Positions 1 through 12,381 of a stretch of DNA of 64,000 nucleotides are shown in pieces. A program made the translations under genes and the position numbers. Source of the stretch: Squalus acanthias (Eukaryota); NCBI GenBank assembly GCA_030390025.1, contig CM059433.1, forward strand, positions 10,046,001 to 10,110,000, given 5' to 3'. The notes below the pieces were generated by a model. The model did not search any database and was not told the origin of the DNA. It saw nothing but the letters and a program-made list of their open reading frames with translations. Position 1 is the stretch's first letter; the number at the start of each line of letters is the position of its first letter.

Positions 1-693
1 AAGTTATGACACTCTGAAGATGTTGAGGGATCGACAACGCACGTCTGCTTGGGCTGAAGTTTGCTCATGGCATTTGCTGCTCGGTCGGCTAAATTAGACA
101 GAAAGGAGGACGCAGCTCACTGCAAGGAATTTCCCGCATATTTTTTTAAGAAGCTTTAATCTGTCTTTACTTGTGCTGTTCCTGAAGTCTGTTGTTCTGC
201 GATTCACCACAGCATGGGGTCATTGATCTGCCACATTTTTGCAGCCGTCTTCCTGTCGTTTTCATCATGCTAATTACAATGATTTATTCAGCGGGCGTGA
301 TTGGTAAATTTACTGGCCACAGGATTGCTATTTCATATGTGTGAAACACCCCTTAATAGTCTGCAGACGCACTGAAGGTTTTACCAGGAACTGGGTGCCT
401 GTAGCCAAATCAGAACTTAATATAAGCACTTTCTAGGTATTGTATTATTATAAATGGTGACAATGATAAGACCCACTGGGCGTCAATGAAAATGAATAAT
501 CAGGAGAGATGTTTAACGGGCAGCTGATCTGATATCGCCCACTATAATCTATCGCCCAAAGTCAAAACAAACCCCCAGTGAGTCTTATCATCTTTATTTT
601 ACCCCCCCCCGTCCCTGTTACGCTGGGTGCTGCACTTCCACTGTTAAAGGCGTTGTGCACGTCTCCAAACAACTCAAGCTCAAGTGGGAAAAT

Positions 694-1166
694 ACATACG
701 AACATACGAATTAGGAGCAGGAGTAGGCCATTCGGCCCCTCGAGCCTGCTCCGCCATTCAATAAGATCAAGGCTGATCCGATTACTTCACATTCCCGTCT
801 ACCCCCGATAACCTTTCACCCCCTTGCTTATCAAGAATCTATCTACCTCTGCCTTAAAAATATTCAAAGACTCTGCTTCCACCGCCCTCTGAGGAAGAGA
901 GTTCCAAAGAGTCACGACCCTCTGTGAGAAAAAATTTCTCCTCATCTCTGTCTTAAATGGGCGACCCCTTATTTTTAAACAGTGACCCCTAGTTCTAGAT
1001 TCTCCCACAAGAGGAAACATCCTCTCCACATCCAGCCTGTCCAGACCCCTCAGGATCTTATATGTTTCAATCAAGTCACCTCTTACTCTTCTAAACTCCA
1101 GCGGATACAAGCCTAGCCTGTCCAACCTTTCCTCATAAACAACCCGCCCATTCCAGGTATTAGTCT
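694..1166 (-). mobile_element. CR1-clade LINE, 5'-truncated 3' end (young subfamily)
   Basis: ORF 799-1197 gives YEERLDRLGLYPLEFRRVRGDLIETYKIL...RRNFFSQRVVTLWNSLP, the CR1 ORF2 C-terminus; repeated tail seen as catacgaa on +. Confidence 0.95.
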
Positions 1167-1204
1167 TAAGACATGATTTAGCAGTCACCATAATCAAAAT
1201 GCAG

Positions 1205-2225
1205 CGATACTGTGTCCTACAGAGCCGGAAGATGCTGTGTTCGATCCCCGCTATGTGCTGAGTTAGCTAACCCCAGCTGGGGCAGCAGTAAGGATGTGCC
1301 AATTGACCTCAGCGCTCCTGGGCGATGGGAGAGGAAAATCAGGAATTTCTCCTGACCACTATCCCGACTGCAAGTGCATATATGGATATCAGGCGAGGAC
1401 TAGGTTGGATTATGATGCCTTTCTTGGTTGACTACCCTGCTGTCACGTAGGGCTGGATTTTCTCAATGGAGACGTGCTGGAGGTGGACTGCTGGTTTCTG
1501 GGTTTCAGTCCCGCCCCTAGCGATGTCTGACCAACCCACGCTATTTTCCCTTGATTGGCCTTGTTAAGCCCGCCCTGCTTCTAAGGTGAGCCCTTGCACA
1601 CAGGCTCACCAAGACCTCTCTCCTCAGCAGAAAGCAGATGGCTGCTGCATCTGAGAATGCAGCAGCCATTCTGTCATCTCTGCCGTTGAGATGAGGAACC
1701 TCCGGATCCTCAAAGGTTGAAGTCTGCAGAAAGAAGCAAAGGTAAGGAAACTTTTTCCAACACTTTACACTCACCTCTCATACTTACCTGTCCACACTTG
1801 CACCCATCACTCACCTCTACAGCTGACATTTTGACCCCTCTGACCCCCGCAGACCCACTGCTCGTCTCGCTGACCCTGGCGAGGTTCGCAGCTGTCGGGA
1901 AGCCCTGCACCAGCAGGTGTAAAATGGGGAAACAGGCAGTTAATTGGCTGTAATCCCTTTCCCGCCTCGAGGAGACGGGTCCCTGCGCGAGTCGGGGACC
2001 CGCCTCCCGGGAAGATAGTTCGTAGGTGGGTTGGGAGCGGGGTTAGGACTCGCTCCCAATTTTTCCCATTTTCCCAGCAGTCCTGCCTCTAAACCCGCCT
2101 CCTCAGGGCTGGTAAAATCCAGCCCGTATTGTCTGGAATCACACATGAGGATTGGTGAACTGGGTGAAGAAACCTATGGAACTGTTCCCGAGAATGAGTC
2201 AGTGACTTTAGGGAAGAGAAGAACT
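1205..2225 (+). mobile_element. AmnSINE2-like ancient tRNA-derived SINE, interrupted by MITE 1450-2125
   Basis: B-box-like gttcgatccc, tgtgctgagttagct, and after the MITE ttgtctggaatcacacatga...gagtcagtgactttagggaagag; similar to copies at 26.6 kb and 58.2 kb. Confidence 0.7.
1450..2125. mobile_element. PIF/Harbinger-type non-autonomous DNA transposon (MITE)
   Basis: 12-bp TIR GGGCTGGATTTT/AAAATCCAGCCC; 3-bp TSD GTA (1447-1449, 2126-2128). Confidence 0.85.
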
Positions 2226-2422
2226 GGAATAAAAATAAATTGCATCTAGCTTCCGTTTCACTGTTACCAATGCACGTGCCCCATATTACTCATCACTTTC
2301 AGCGAAAGAACGCCTAAATGCTGCTAGTTTAAAATTTACACATTAATATCAATGGAGTTGGGAGATGGTAGGGGCCCATGAATGTGATTATTTGACGAAG
2401 CCCTCCTGAAAGGATTTTAACA

Positions 2423-2880
2423 GTGTCAGCTGTGGCTCAATGGGTAGCACACTCGCCTCTGAGGCAGAAGGTTGTGGGTTCAAGTCCCACTCCCAGGACT
2501 GGAAGCGCATAAAAGCTAGGCTGACACTCTCCAGTGCAGTGCTGAGGGAGTGCTGCACTGTTGGGAGGAGCCGTTTTTCGGATAAGACGTTAAACCGAGG
2601 CCCCGTCTACTCTCTCATGGTGGATGTAAAAGATCCACAAGGCACTATTTCAAAGAAGAGCAGGGGAGTTATCCCCGGTATCCTGGCTAATATTTATCCC
2701 TCAACCAACATAACAAAAACAGATTATCTGGTCATTGTTGTTTGTGGGACCTTGCTGTGTGCAAATTGGCTACCGCGTTTCCCACATTACAACAGCAACT
2801 CCACTTCATTGACTGGAAAGTACTTTGAGACTTCCAGTGGTCGTGAAAGGTGTTATATAAATGCAAGTCTTTCTTTCTTT
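2423..2880 (+). mobile_element. DeuSINE (SacSINE1-like tRNA-derived SINE)
   Basis: tRNA head tggctcaatgggtagc...ggttcaagtccc, central gtaaaagatcc...gaagagcaggggagtt domain, L2-like tail tatataaatgcaagtctttc; more than 10 copies in the window. Confidence 0.9.
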
Positions 2881-3377
2881 AAACTTCCTGCACTCCTGAA
2901 CAATAATTGTGACTGGGGGTTCAAGGGACATTATAATTTCATTCTAGTTGTGTATATGTTCTATAAATGTGATTGTGTGTAAAGTGTATGCTCTGTGGCC
3001 ATTATCAGTTGACATTTTGTGTGTGCCAACAAAATCTCGGATGAATCACAACCAAAATTAACCGGCACACAACAAGATATTAAATTGGGCCCCTTGAGTG
3101 TTTTCATGCCCCTTAATGATTTTTCTGATTCTGGCATCTTAAGATGACAAATTCTTTCCATACACATGTATGCGGTACACAGCTCCTGTTTTAACACGTT
3201 GGATTGGAACTCTTGAATGACTCAGGGAAAGAATTGAAGAAAATGTTTTAAAAGCTGCAAATCATGTGCATAACCCCTGATGTACCAAAAAGCAGGGAAT
3301 GTAGAGATAAAAATAAACCCCGCGATCGCTGGAAATCTGAAATAAGCACAGAAACATTCTACAATCAAGGGTCATGC

Positions 3378-3875
3378 GAACATACGAACATACGAATTAG
3401 GAGCAGGAGTCGGCCACTCGGCCCCTCGAGCCTGCTCCACCATTCAATAAGATCATGGCTGATCTGATTACTCCACATTCCCGCCTACCCCCGATAACCT
3501 TTCACCCCCTTGCTTACCAAGAATCTATCTACCTCTGCCTTAAAAATATTCAAAGACTCTGCTTCCACCACCCTCTGAGGAAGAGAGTTCCAAAGACTCA
3601 CGACCCTCTGTGAGAAAAAATTTCTCCTCATCTCTGTCTTAAATGGGCGACCCCTTATTTTTAAACAGTGACCCCGAGTTCTAGATTCTCCCACAAGAGG
3701 AAACATCCTCTCCACATCCACCCTGTCCAGGCCCCTCAGGATCTTATATGTTTCAATCAAGTCACCTCTTACTCTTCTAAACTTCAGCGGATACAAGCCT
3801 AGCCTGTCCAACCTTTCCTCATAAGACAACCCGCCCATTCCAGGTATTAGTCTAGTAAACCTTCTCTGAACCGCC
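3378..3875 (-). mobile_element. CR1-clade LINE 3' end
   Basis: ORF 3485-3889 (VQRRFTRLIPGMGGLSYEERL...); flanked by catgc duplication (3373-3377, 3876-3880). Confidence 0.95.
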
Positions 3876-4223
3876 CATGCCCAAATCACTAGCCTCTCTG
3901 ATTCTCAGTTCTTGCTCATTCCCAGCATCACTTTTTCCTGATGTAAAGCAACAAAAACATTTTTTTTTGCACCCGAAAGAAATGGCGATTTTACAAATGC
4001 GCCCAACCGCTGGAAGCCTGGAGTACCGCCCACTGATATTGGAAAATGCTGCCCGCACTAAATCTTATTTAGTTACCCTGCGGCGTGATTGGCGAGGCGA
4101 AGCTCTGTGCCAACAGCGGTGCCTGCAAAAATCCACCTCCAAAGTGTTTCTATTGCGTTAGCACTGGGGGCTGTTGTCAATTTTGTTGAAGTGGGACAAA
4201 ACAAAACAGTCAAAAAAAATCAA

Positions 4224-4931
4224 GGGGGAAAAATCCGGTGGCTTTGTGCCTCCCGTTCGGGGCGCAAAGCAACTAGCGCCCGGGCGTGGCGCCGCTGACG
4301 CCTCCCGCGAAATTCAGCGTGAGGTTAGCGGCGGCGGTAGAGCCCCGCGGTGCTGCGTTTCTGGTGATGACGTCATCGCTGCGCGCAGTGCCCCGGCCGC
4401 AAACTTGGCTCGCGCCCCCTGACCTACCGCCGGACGCTCTGTCCGACAGGGTCAGTGTGCCGTGTTTGCGGCCGGGGCGGCACAAATTAAAGGGCAGGTG
4501 CCGGGCGGCCTTTTTTTTGGGGCCGCCTGCCAGCACCTGCCCCCTCTGGCCTCCTCCTGCGGGGTGCCGGCCGCGATCGGTCAGCCCGGCACTCCTCTTG
4601 AGCGCCGGGCTCTTTTGCCGGCACCCCATTCCCCGGTGGTCCAGCAGGGCCCCGGTGCGCGCTGCACTAGGCCCCTCCCCTTTAATCGGGGGGGGGAGGG
4701 AGGCCTACAGTACCGCGGCGCTACGTGCCGACGCGCGTGACGCCGCTGCACATAGCGCCACGATATTCAATGGGAGCGCCCCAAGAGGGAGGGGGAGTGC
4801 CTCCAGTAGTGTCCCGCCTCCTGCTTGGGGCGCTACCATTCAATTTTGGGCACGGGGGCGCTAACCTTTTCGGAGCGCTAAACCCGGCGAAGTTATCGTC
4901 CCAAAGGGGGCGCGAGACAATTTCCCCCCCC
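4224..4931. mobile_element. GC/CpG-rich Harbinger-type MITE
   Basis: G-run/AAAT left end and AATTTC-run right end; TSD CAA (4221-4223, 4932-4934); body shared with 25.9, 29.2 and 35.9 kb copies. Confidence 0.85.
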
Positions 4932-6279
4932 CAAAACTTTGCAATGAAACCCACATTTTGAATTATTTTACGGGGTGGTGGGGGGGGAAGGGGAAAGCAC
5001 ATGCCAATGGGTAGCGAGCTATGCCGGACCCTACCACTTAGCGAAATCCACAGCATAGTGGGGTGCTGTATTAAACTGACCAGTGGGTTGAAGGGATTTC
5101 ACGTTCCTTTCTCTTCATCTCGAACACGTGTTTTTTCCCCTGAATGCGGTCCAGTGTTTCCAGCTAGACACTGCAGAATATCAGTGGCTTTCCTCCCCAG
5201 CTAGAAGGCAATAAAGCCTCGTTCGGTTGGGCATTGATTAAGGTGGTTGGAAAGCCCGTCCACTGGGGACCCACGAGCAGGAATACTGCGACATAAAACA
5301 TGCAAAGGGATTTCAGATTTATGGATGAAGTGTCGACGCAGTATCATGTGCAGGAGCCGAGGATATCAAAGCAAGCAGGCAAGCGGACTGCCCGGACACT
5401 TAAAATGAAAAATGGGCCGTGTGTGAACGCAAGATGGTGCAAATGGAGGACAGATGGAGTCCGACATCTCTGACGTGTAATGTTTGTCTGCAACCGTGCA
5501 GCTACAGCCACCATGCTGTTTTACCAGTTAGCCATGGCTGTCGTGTTACTGGCTGGGATGAGCTTTGGTCTGCTTTATAAACAGCAACGCTTGTTCGATT
5601 CCCCCACCCCCCGCCCTCTCCCAAACAATCCGTTCCCTACAAGCTGTTCTTTAGTATCTGATGCAGCCATCTGAATACACGGAGCAGCTGCAGGACTCCG
5701 GTTTGACAACTGGCGTGCAGCAGAATGCCTGTCAGTAGCTAATAAAATGTCAGGCCGGCTGATAGTGCCTGGTAAGCTGGATTCTGCTTTCAACAACAGC
5801 TTGGCAAATACATAAGTCTGAGCCGCGCTTCCACAAATGAAAGATACATCACAGAACAAAAAGAAGCACTTGTCAGCTTTTTTTTGAGCTATATATATAT
5901 TTTTTTTTAAAAGGAAAAAGACGACAGCTCCCTGATGGAAATTTGTTGCATAATCCCAGCTACACGATATAGATGCAAATCCAATTCTGGAGAAAAATGA
6001 TTGTATTTGTGACCTTGTTAAAAAGCCCAGGACCGTGAATTCAAATTCCTCGCCTTGTAATGCATTACGCAGAAGCCAGTGTGGTTTATCACTTTCTAGT
6101 TATGATACTGCAGTAGTCATTAACACACGATGTGAGCTCTTCAAGCCTCAGAACTGAAACTAGCGATACAAAATTCACTCTGTGCGGTTACAAAGTGATG
6201 GTGTTTCCAGTTTCGTCCTTTAAAAATGAAACTCAAATATATCCAACCCTCCGGAATGTTCTCTTTACTCAAAAGTTAT

Positions 6280-6760
6280 GAAAAGAAGAAAGAAAGACTT
6301 GCATTTCTATAGCGCCTTTCACGACCACCGGACGTCTCAAAGCGCTTTACAGCCAATGAAGTACTTTTTGAAGTGGAGTCACTGTTGTAATGTGGGAAAC
6401 GCGACAGCCAATTTGCACACAGCAAGCTCCCACAAACAGCAATGTGAAAATGACCAGATAATCTGTTTTTGTTATGTTGGTTGAGGGATAAATATTGACC
6501 CCAGGACACCGGGGATAACTCCCCTGCTCTTCTTCGAAATAGTGCCCATGGGATCTTTTACATCCACCTGAGAGAGCAGACGGGGTCTCAGTTTAACATC
6601 TCATCCGAAAGAAGGCACCTCCGACAGTGCAGCACTCCCTCAGCACTGCACTGGAGTGTCAGCCTAGCTTTTATGTGCTCAAGTCCCTGGAGTAAGACTT
6701 GAACCCACAACCTTCTGACTCAGAGGCGAGAGAGTGCTACCTACTGAGCCACAGGTGACA
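6280..6760 (-). mobile_element. DeuSINE, full length
   Basis: Reverse complement of the 2423-2880 family. Confidence 0.9.
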
Positions 6761-7755
6761 CATCAGTGGAGATCAGTGGAGATCATGAGTTCACAGCCCT
6801 CCGAATTTTCTGATTATTAATTTTAACGCCTGGAAGGTTGTGACGCTCCCAACATTTCTACCAATGATTTGTGTCTAAGTGGCAAGGAACACATTCCATT
6901 TATCTCTTCAAAACTTTCAACACCACCAAGGAGGGCAATCAGATAGGATATAAAGTGCACAGAATATCAACTGCTCTCCCGTCTCGTGACATGCTCCACT
7001 CTGGGAGTGCTAGCTCGTAGAATTTACCCTTATACTGATTTATTTGCGTGTAAGTAGTGTAGCACACCCTAAGTAGCTCACCTCATTCCTGGATTGACTT
7101 TGGCGTGGGAGGAGCTGTGGACAGCCATGTCTGCTGCTGGGGCCTATCGTTGTACCACATGCCTCTCCTGTGAAGCAGGGCCATGCTGAATATGGATGGG
7201 AGCGTGCCGCTGCGGTTGACTCACGTCAAGCTGTCAACCTTTTAAATGGTGGGCCTGCTGGGGTTGACACAAACGATATTCCAATTCCAAATCCTTTTCT
7301 TAAAAAAAATTATGGAGGCGATTTTCGCCTGCCTACCACCAATTTTCTTTTGGCCTGAGTAAGTGCAGCGGGACAAAAAATATCGTCTGACTCTGTCGAG
7401 CTACCAGCGGAGGTTCGCCCGTGCTGATATTTGGCCGATCCTCAGTTTAGGCATCCGGCATTCCTGCCAGAAGCAGGCGGGAGCCTCATTACTATGAGGG
7501 TCAAATGACGTTGTCAGGGCCCAAAGCCATTTTTGTGTCAACGAGGACTGCCGCTACTTTCACAACCCGCCCACAAATCATGGGTGGTGAAGCTCGGAGT
7601 GCAGCCATTTTCTGCATTACTTAAAGGGGTCCTCACCCGCCCTCGTTTAAAATGCTGCTAAGGTTTGCCTGTTATCTTGTTGTTAGCTTATTTTTGGCTA
7701 CCAATGCACTTTTTTTAGCGCTTGTAGTAGCTGGAAGCTTGAGGGGGTTCTAGCG

Positions 7756-8560
7756 ATGGAGTTTCTTTTTCCAAAAATGAGCAATTCTGTGTTGGCTGGA
7801 GGAAGAGGTGCAGCAGTAACAGGTGGGAGGAGCACACAGAGAGCTGCACCTGCAGGGAAAGCAACTGGAAGGAGGAGAGCTCACATGAGAAGGTGCAGAG
7901 GAGATTTACCAGAATGGTTCCGGGGATGGGGGATCTTAGCTACAAGGACAGGTTGGAGAAGCGGGATTTGTTTTCATTAGAGCAAAGGAGGTTGCGGGGT
8001 GATTTGATCGAGGTGTACAAGATTATGACAGGTTTGGATAGGCTAGATGGGGAAAGGCTGTTCCCGCTAGTTGATGGTACAAGGACTAGGGGGACACAGA
8101 TTTAAGGTTTTGGGCAAGAGATACAGGGGGGATGTGAGGGAAAACTTTTTTACGCAGCGAGTGGTGAGGACTTGGAACTCGCTGCCAACGGAAGTGGTGG
8201 AAGCGGAGACACTCAATGTTTTCAAGGGGAGACTGGATCGGCACTTGAGGGAAATAAACTTGCAGGGCTACGGGGATAGAGCGGGGGAATGGGACTGACT
8301 GGATTGCTCTACAGAGAGACGGCACGGACTCGATGGGCCGAATGGCCTCCTTCAGTGCCGTTATGACTCGATGATTGCTTATCTTCCCAACAGAGACTGC
8401 AGGCCTAGGATAACGTACCTGCGTTTCTCTGAGCAGGCAGTGCATAAGGAGGCTGTGCTTCCCCTAGAGGCTATGACACACAGAGCTGTGTCTCACCTCG
8501 TGCAACAAGAGCTGCAAACCATTACTCTTGCTCGCTTGTGCTGAGCCAGCGACCCTGTGC
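7756..8560 (+). pseudogene. Harbinger transposase (HARBI1-like) N-terminal remnant, split by a CR1
   Basis: From 8380: YLPNRDCRPRITYLRFSEQ / QCIRRLCF...ELC / HLVQQELQT with frameshifts, matching the helix-turn-helix N-terminus of Harbinger nucleases; DDE core absent. Confidence 0.65.
7889..8375 (+). mobile_element. CR1-clade LINE 3' end
   Basis: ORFs 7893-8105 and 8071-8298 (QRRFTRMVPGM...RGDLIEVYKIM; FFTQRVVRTWNSLP). Confidence 0.95.
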
Positions 8561-8889
8561 AGACCACTCTAACTCAGTCTCTATACCATCGGGGCGGGTT
8601 GGGGTGGGGTGGGGTGGGTGCGCCGATTTCTGAGCTAACGCTTAGAAAGGGGTGAGTAAGTGGCGGTGCGTCTTCGGGGGGTTTGTGTCCCCCCCCCCTC
8701 CCCGGCACGGCTGCAGGCCTGAGTCGTCTGAAGGACCAAGAAAAAGGGCAGGAGGGAAGAGGGTTAGCATGCGATGGCAAGAGTAAGCAGTAGGAGATGA
8801 GCGATGGCGCAATACAGCACCAGGTTGTCATGCAGAGTGCATGGGAGAGAGTTAAGTGGAAAGAGAAAAAAGGGGGCAACTGCCCAAAC

Positions 8890-10099
8890 ACCCTACTGTG
8901 CCTGGCCTCTACCCTCGCCAACTCCAGAGCAGTGTGTCCTCCCTCAGGCAGTGATGTCTGTTGCGGCGTTTGCACCTCCTCCCATTCTCGTACTCTCCAT
9001 TTTATTGTGCGCCAGCTTCTCCTGCAAGAAGCTTGGGACTGGGTTAGTGTGTGCCCTGTGGAAAGGTTCTGAAGATACATGTGGCAGCTCAGCATAGAGT
9101 GCATGCTGAGAGAAACAAGCAGCAAATATGAGCAAGAAGGGCCAGCCATTGTGAGGGCAGTAGCAGGTGTTGAGTGTCAGTATAAGAAAGTGTGGGGAAG
9201 TGTCCCCTTGTGGTTGGAGGAGAGGCTCGTGCAGTGGGGGAGGGGAGAAATTGGTAGAGTTGAGGGTAAAGTGGTGTTGCAGGACTGTAGAGGGATGTGG
9301 CGTCTTGCCTTGGCTGCCCTGTTAAGGTCATTATTTTTTTTCTTGCACTGTATGCAGTTCCTGGGTACAATGTTGGTGACCTGCTCAGAAAACGAGTGAC
9401 TCCCCAAAGCCTTTCCACCATCTACAAGACACAAGTCAGGAGTGTGATGGAATACTCTCCACTTGCTTAGATGCGTGCAGCTCCAACAACACTCAAGAAG
9501 CTCGACACCATCCAGGACAAAGCAGCCCGCTTGATTGGCACCCCATCCACCACCTTAAACATTCACTCCCTCCACCAGCGGCGTACCGTGGCTGCAGTGT
9601 GTACCATCTACAAGATGCACTGCAGCAACTCGCCAAGGCTTCTTCGACAGCACCTCCCAAACCCGCGACCTCTTCCACCTAGAAGGACAAGGGCAGCAGA
9701 TGCATGGGAACACCACCACCTCCAAGTTCCCCTCCAAGTCACACACCATCCTGACTTGGAAGTATATCAGCCGTTCCTTCATCGTCGCTGGGTCAAAATC
9801 CTGGAACTCCCTCCCTAACAGCACCTTCAACACACGGGCTGCAGCGGTTCAAGAGGCAGCTCACCACCACCTTCTCAAGGGCAATTAGGAATGGGCAATA
9901 AATGCTGGCCTTGCCAGCGACGCCCACATCCCATAAAATGAATTTTTTTTAAAGCCACCTCTCTCCAAGCCTGTTGACTGGTTTGGCCTGGCGCTCATCT
10001 GCCATCTGAAGGAAAGCAGACCTTCTTCGTGATCCTCACTTGCTTCACAAGCAGCTCCACAGCAGTATCTGCAAATCGGGGTGCCCTGGCTGTCTTCAT
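8890..10099 (-). pseudogene. Harbinger Myb/SANT-like DNA-binding gene remnant (two exons)
   Basis: MKTARAPRFADTAVELLVKQVRITKKVCFPSDGR*...QAWREVA [CR1 insert] ...PRNCIQCKKKNNDLNRAAK | intron 9308-9022 (gc..ttgcag) | EKLAHNKMESTRMGGG. Confidence 0.8.
9397..9953 (+). mobile_element. CR1-group LINE 3' end (second family)
   Basis: ORF 9471-9818 (LKKLDTIQDKAARLIG...HSLHQRRTVAAVCTIYK); tail gggcaataaatgctggccttgccagcgacgcccacatccc. Confidence 0.9.
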
Positions 10100-10529
10100 T
10101 GTGCCTGCTGCCTCACAAATGCACTACCCACTAAAATCCGCCCTTCATCGTTATGAGGTGCCGGCTGGCTTTAAGAAACGTCAGGCCCACCAGATGTCCT
10201 GCCATCCCAAATGGCGAGCTGCCTATAAGCAGCGTGATTAATGCTGGCAGCTCACCAATCACAGTCAAATGAGGCCCGACCACCAAAATGGATCTGTCCT
10301 CCTGCCGACATCATCTGGCAGCTGTCCGCACTCGCTTAAACTGCACTCCGCACGAAAATGAACCCCTATGCACTCTTCAAGAGCACTTTTTTGCTTTTCC
10401 CTGGGCCGGCTGCTCCATTTACTCTTCTGACCCACTGAAATACCTGATGCTGTTCTTGGTGGTGTGGAATGTTTCCTAGCGAACTCTTCCTTCCGTCAGA
10501 TCTGCTAATGCATCTCGGTTCAATCATTC

Positions 10530-10650
10530 TTTTTTTTTATTCGTTCCTGGGATGTGGCCAGCATTTATTGCCCATCCCTAATTGCCCTTGAAAAGGTGGT
10601 AGTGAGCCGCCTCCTTGAACCGCTGCAGTCCGCGCGGTCAAGGTACTTCA
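10530..10650 (-). mobile_element. 3' tail fragment of the second CR1-group family
   Basis: gcatttattgcccatccctaattgcccttg is the reverse complement of the 9397-9953 tail. Confidence 0.8.
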
Positions 10651-10654
10651 TGTC

Positions 10655-10968
10655 AGTCACAGAATCCCCACAGTGCAGATAGAGGCCATTTCGGCCCATC
10701 GAGCCTGCACCGACACATATCCCACCCTATCCCTGTAACCCCACGTATTTAATCCCCCCTAACACTAAGGGTCAATTTATCATAGCCAAATCAACCTAAC
10801 CCGCACATCTTTGGACTGTGGGAGGAAACCGGAGCACCCGGAGGAAACCCACGCAGACACGGGGAGAATGTGCAAACTCCACACAGACAGTCACCCGTGG
10901 CCGGATTCGAACCCGGGTCCCTGGCGCTGTGAGGCAACAGTGCTAACCACTATGCCACCGTGTTGCCC
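10655..10968 (-). mobile_element. HE1-type V-SINE (elasmobranch SINE) with CR1-like tail
   Basis: tRNA head (ggttagcactgttgcctcacagcgccagggacccgggttcgaatcc on -), V-domain ggaggaaaccggagcacccggaggaaacccacgcagacacggggagaa on +. Confidence 0.9.
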
Positions 10969-11248
10969 TATTCTGCAACGTCTTGTAAAAAATAAATTCC
11001 TGCCGAATCTGTTTTCTTGATCAATCCTGAGCCAACTGAATCTCTGCACTGAATCCCTGTAAATCCACGAGTGGAGCTGCCAAATGCAATCTTTATTGAA
11101 AGGAAGCATCAACCACTGTCTTCTTACCCTACAAGCAACTATTCCTTCTGGTCCCTTGCCAAATCTGCGACTTGTAACTTCTCTAATCCTCCCTGAGGTT
11201 CAGTTGCTTGCTCTCCTACTGAGAAAACTTTTGGCTCACTTTTCTCCT

Positions 11249-11753
11249 CATAGAATCATAGAAGATAGGAGCAGGAGTAGGAGTAGGCCATTCGGCCCCT
11301 CGAGCCTGCTCCGCCATTCAATGCGATCATGGCTGATCATCCAAATTCAGTACCCTGTCCCTGCTTTCTCCCCATATCCCTTGATCCCTTTAGCCTTAAG
11401 AAATATATCTAACTCCTTCTTGAATCTATTTAATGAATTGGCCTCAACTGCCTTCTGTGGCAGAGAATTCCACAGGTTCACCACTCTCTGGGTGAAGAAA
11501 TTCCTCCTAATTTCTGTCCTAAATGGCTTACCCCTTATCCTTAGACTGTGACCCCTGGTTCTGGATCCCCGACCATCGGGAACATCCTTCCTGCATCTAG
11601 TTTGTCCTGTCCTGTCAGGATTTTATAAGTTTCAATGAGCTCCCCTCTCATTCTTCTAAACTCCAGCGAGTATAAGCCCAATCGACCCAATCTCTCTTCA
11701 TACGTCATTCCTGCCATCCCAGGTACCAGCCTTGTGAATCTTCGCTGAACTCC
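11249..11753 (-). mobile_element. CR1-clade LINE 3' end
   Basis: ORF 11541-11774 (GVQRRFTRLVPGMAGMTYEERLGRLGLYSLEFRRMRG). Confidence 0.95.
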
Positions 11754-12381
11754 TTCCTTTATCTCTAATCTCAATGATTTGGGTGAAAGGCCTTCGGACA
11801 GATTTTCCTATTGGCCGCGGCAGCAGCAACAACAGCAGCATACCTCTGATGGGGCAACACTTGTGCCTGCCCTCACATTCCCATCTCCGACTCCGGCCGA
11901 TTTCCTGGCGTCAGGTTAATTAAAATAAGTTTGGTTGTTTGCCGTGTGCCGGGGTCGCCTGCTACTGCGGCAGAAGCTTTAAAAATATAAAAGGCAAACC
12001 TTGAAAAAAAATTTGGCCCCTTGCCGAATGCAATCGATCTTCAATCAATCAGGCAACTTGAGGAGGTAGGGAGGAATTTGGGGGCTGGACTTGGGGTTGC
12101 ACTTGGTCTTCAACCCCTTTCAGCGTGAGTGTTAAAATTCCACCCAGGGAGAGGCTTCTTGTGTACAGGTGACACTGACAGAAGTGAGACAGGCATGATG
12201 AGGTCATCCGTCGGAGTTCACGCCAGTTCCGCTTCCAGTGCCTTCACCGCCCAAGTGAAGCTAACTTGTCTGGTGCTGCAAGTGATACCGGGGCCAATAA
12301 AATTCACAACGAGGAGTGGGCATTGGCAAAGCTGCAAATTCAAAATTCGATGTTGTTTTAAAAACAATTAAGATATTGGGC

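Larger units (their letters stand above)
7314..10366. mobile_element. Decayed PIF/Harbinger transposon with convergent transposase and Myb/SANT-like gene remnants
   Basis: Imperfect TIRs ggaggcgattttcg/cgaaaatgaacccc; TSD TAT (7311-7313, 10367-10369); both coding remnants lie inside. Confidence 0.75.

Noticed and set aside
2423..2495. tRNA genes at SINE heads
   Set aside because: A/B boxes are present but run into SINE bodies; no standalone cloverleaf with terminator.
2440..2982. 180-aa ORF
   Set aside because: Read-through of a DeuSINE; similar peptides appear at every copy.
694..3875. Local segmental duplication suggested by two near-identical CR1s
   Set aside because: Flanks differ and 5' truncation points differ; these are independent young insertions.
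4273..5056. Overlapping Ala/Arg/Pro/Gly-rich ORFs (also at 16.8, 26, 29.4, 34.2, 36.1 and 46.5 kb)
   Set aside because: Artefacts of GC-rich MITEs lacking stop codons; open in several frames on both strands.
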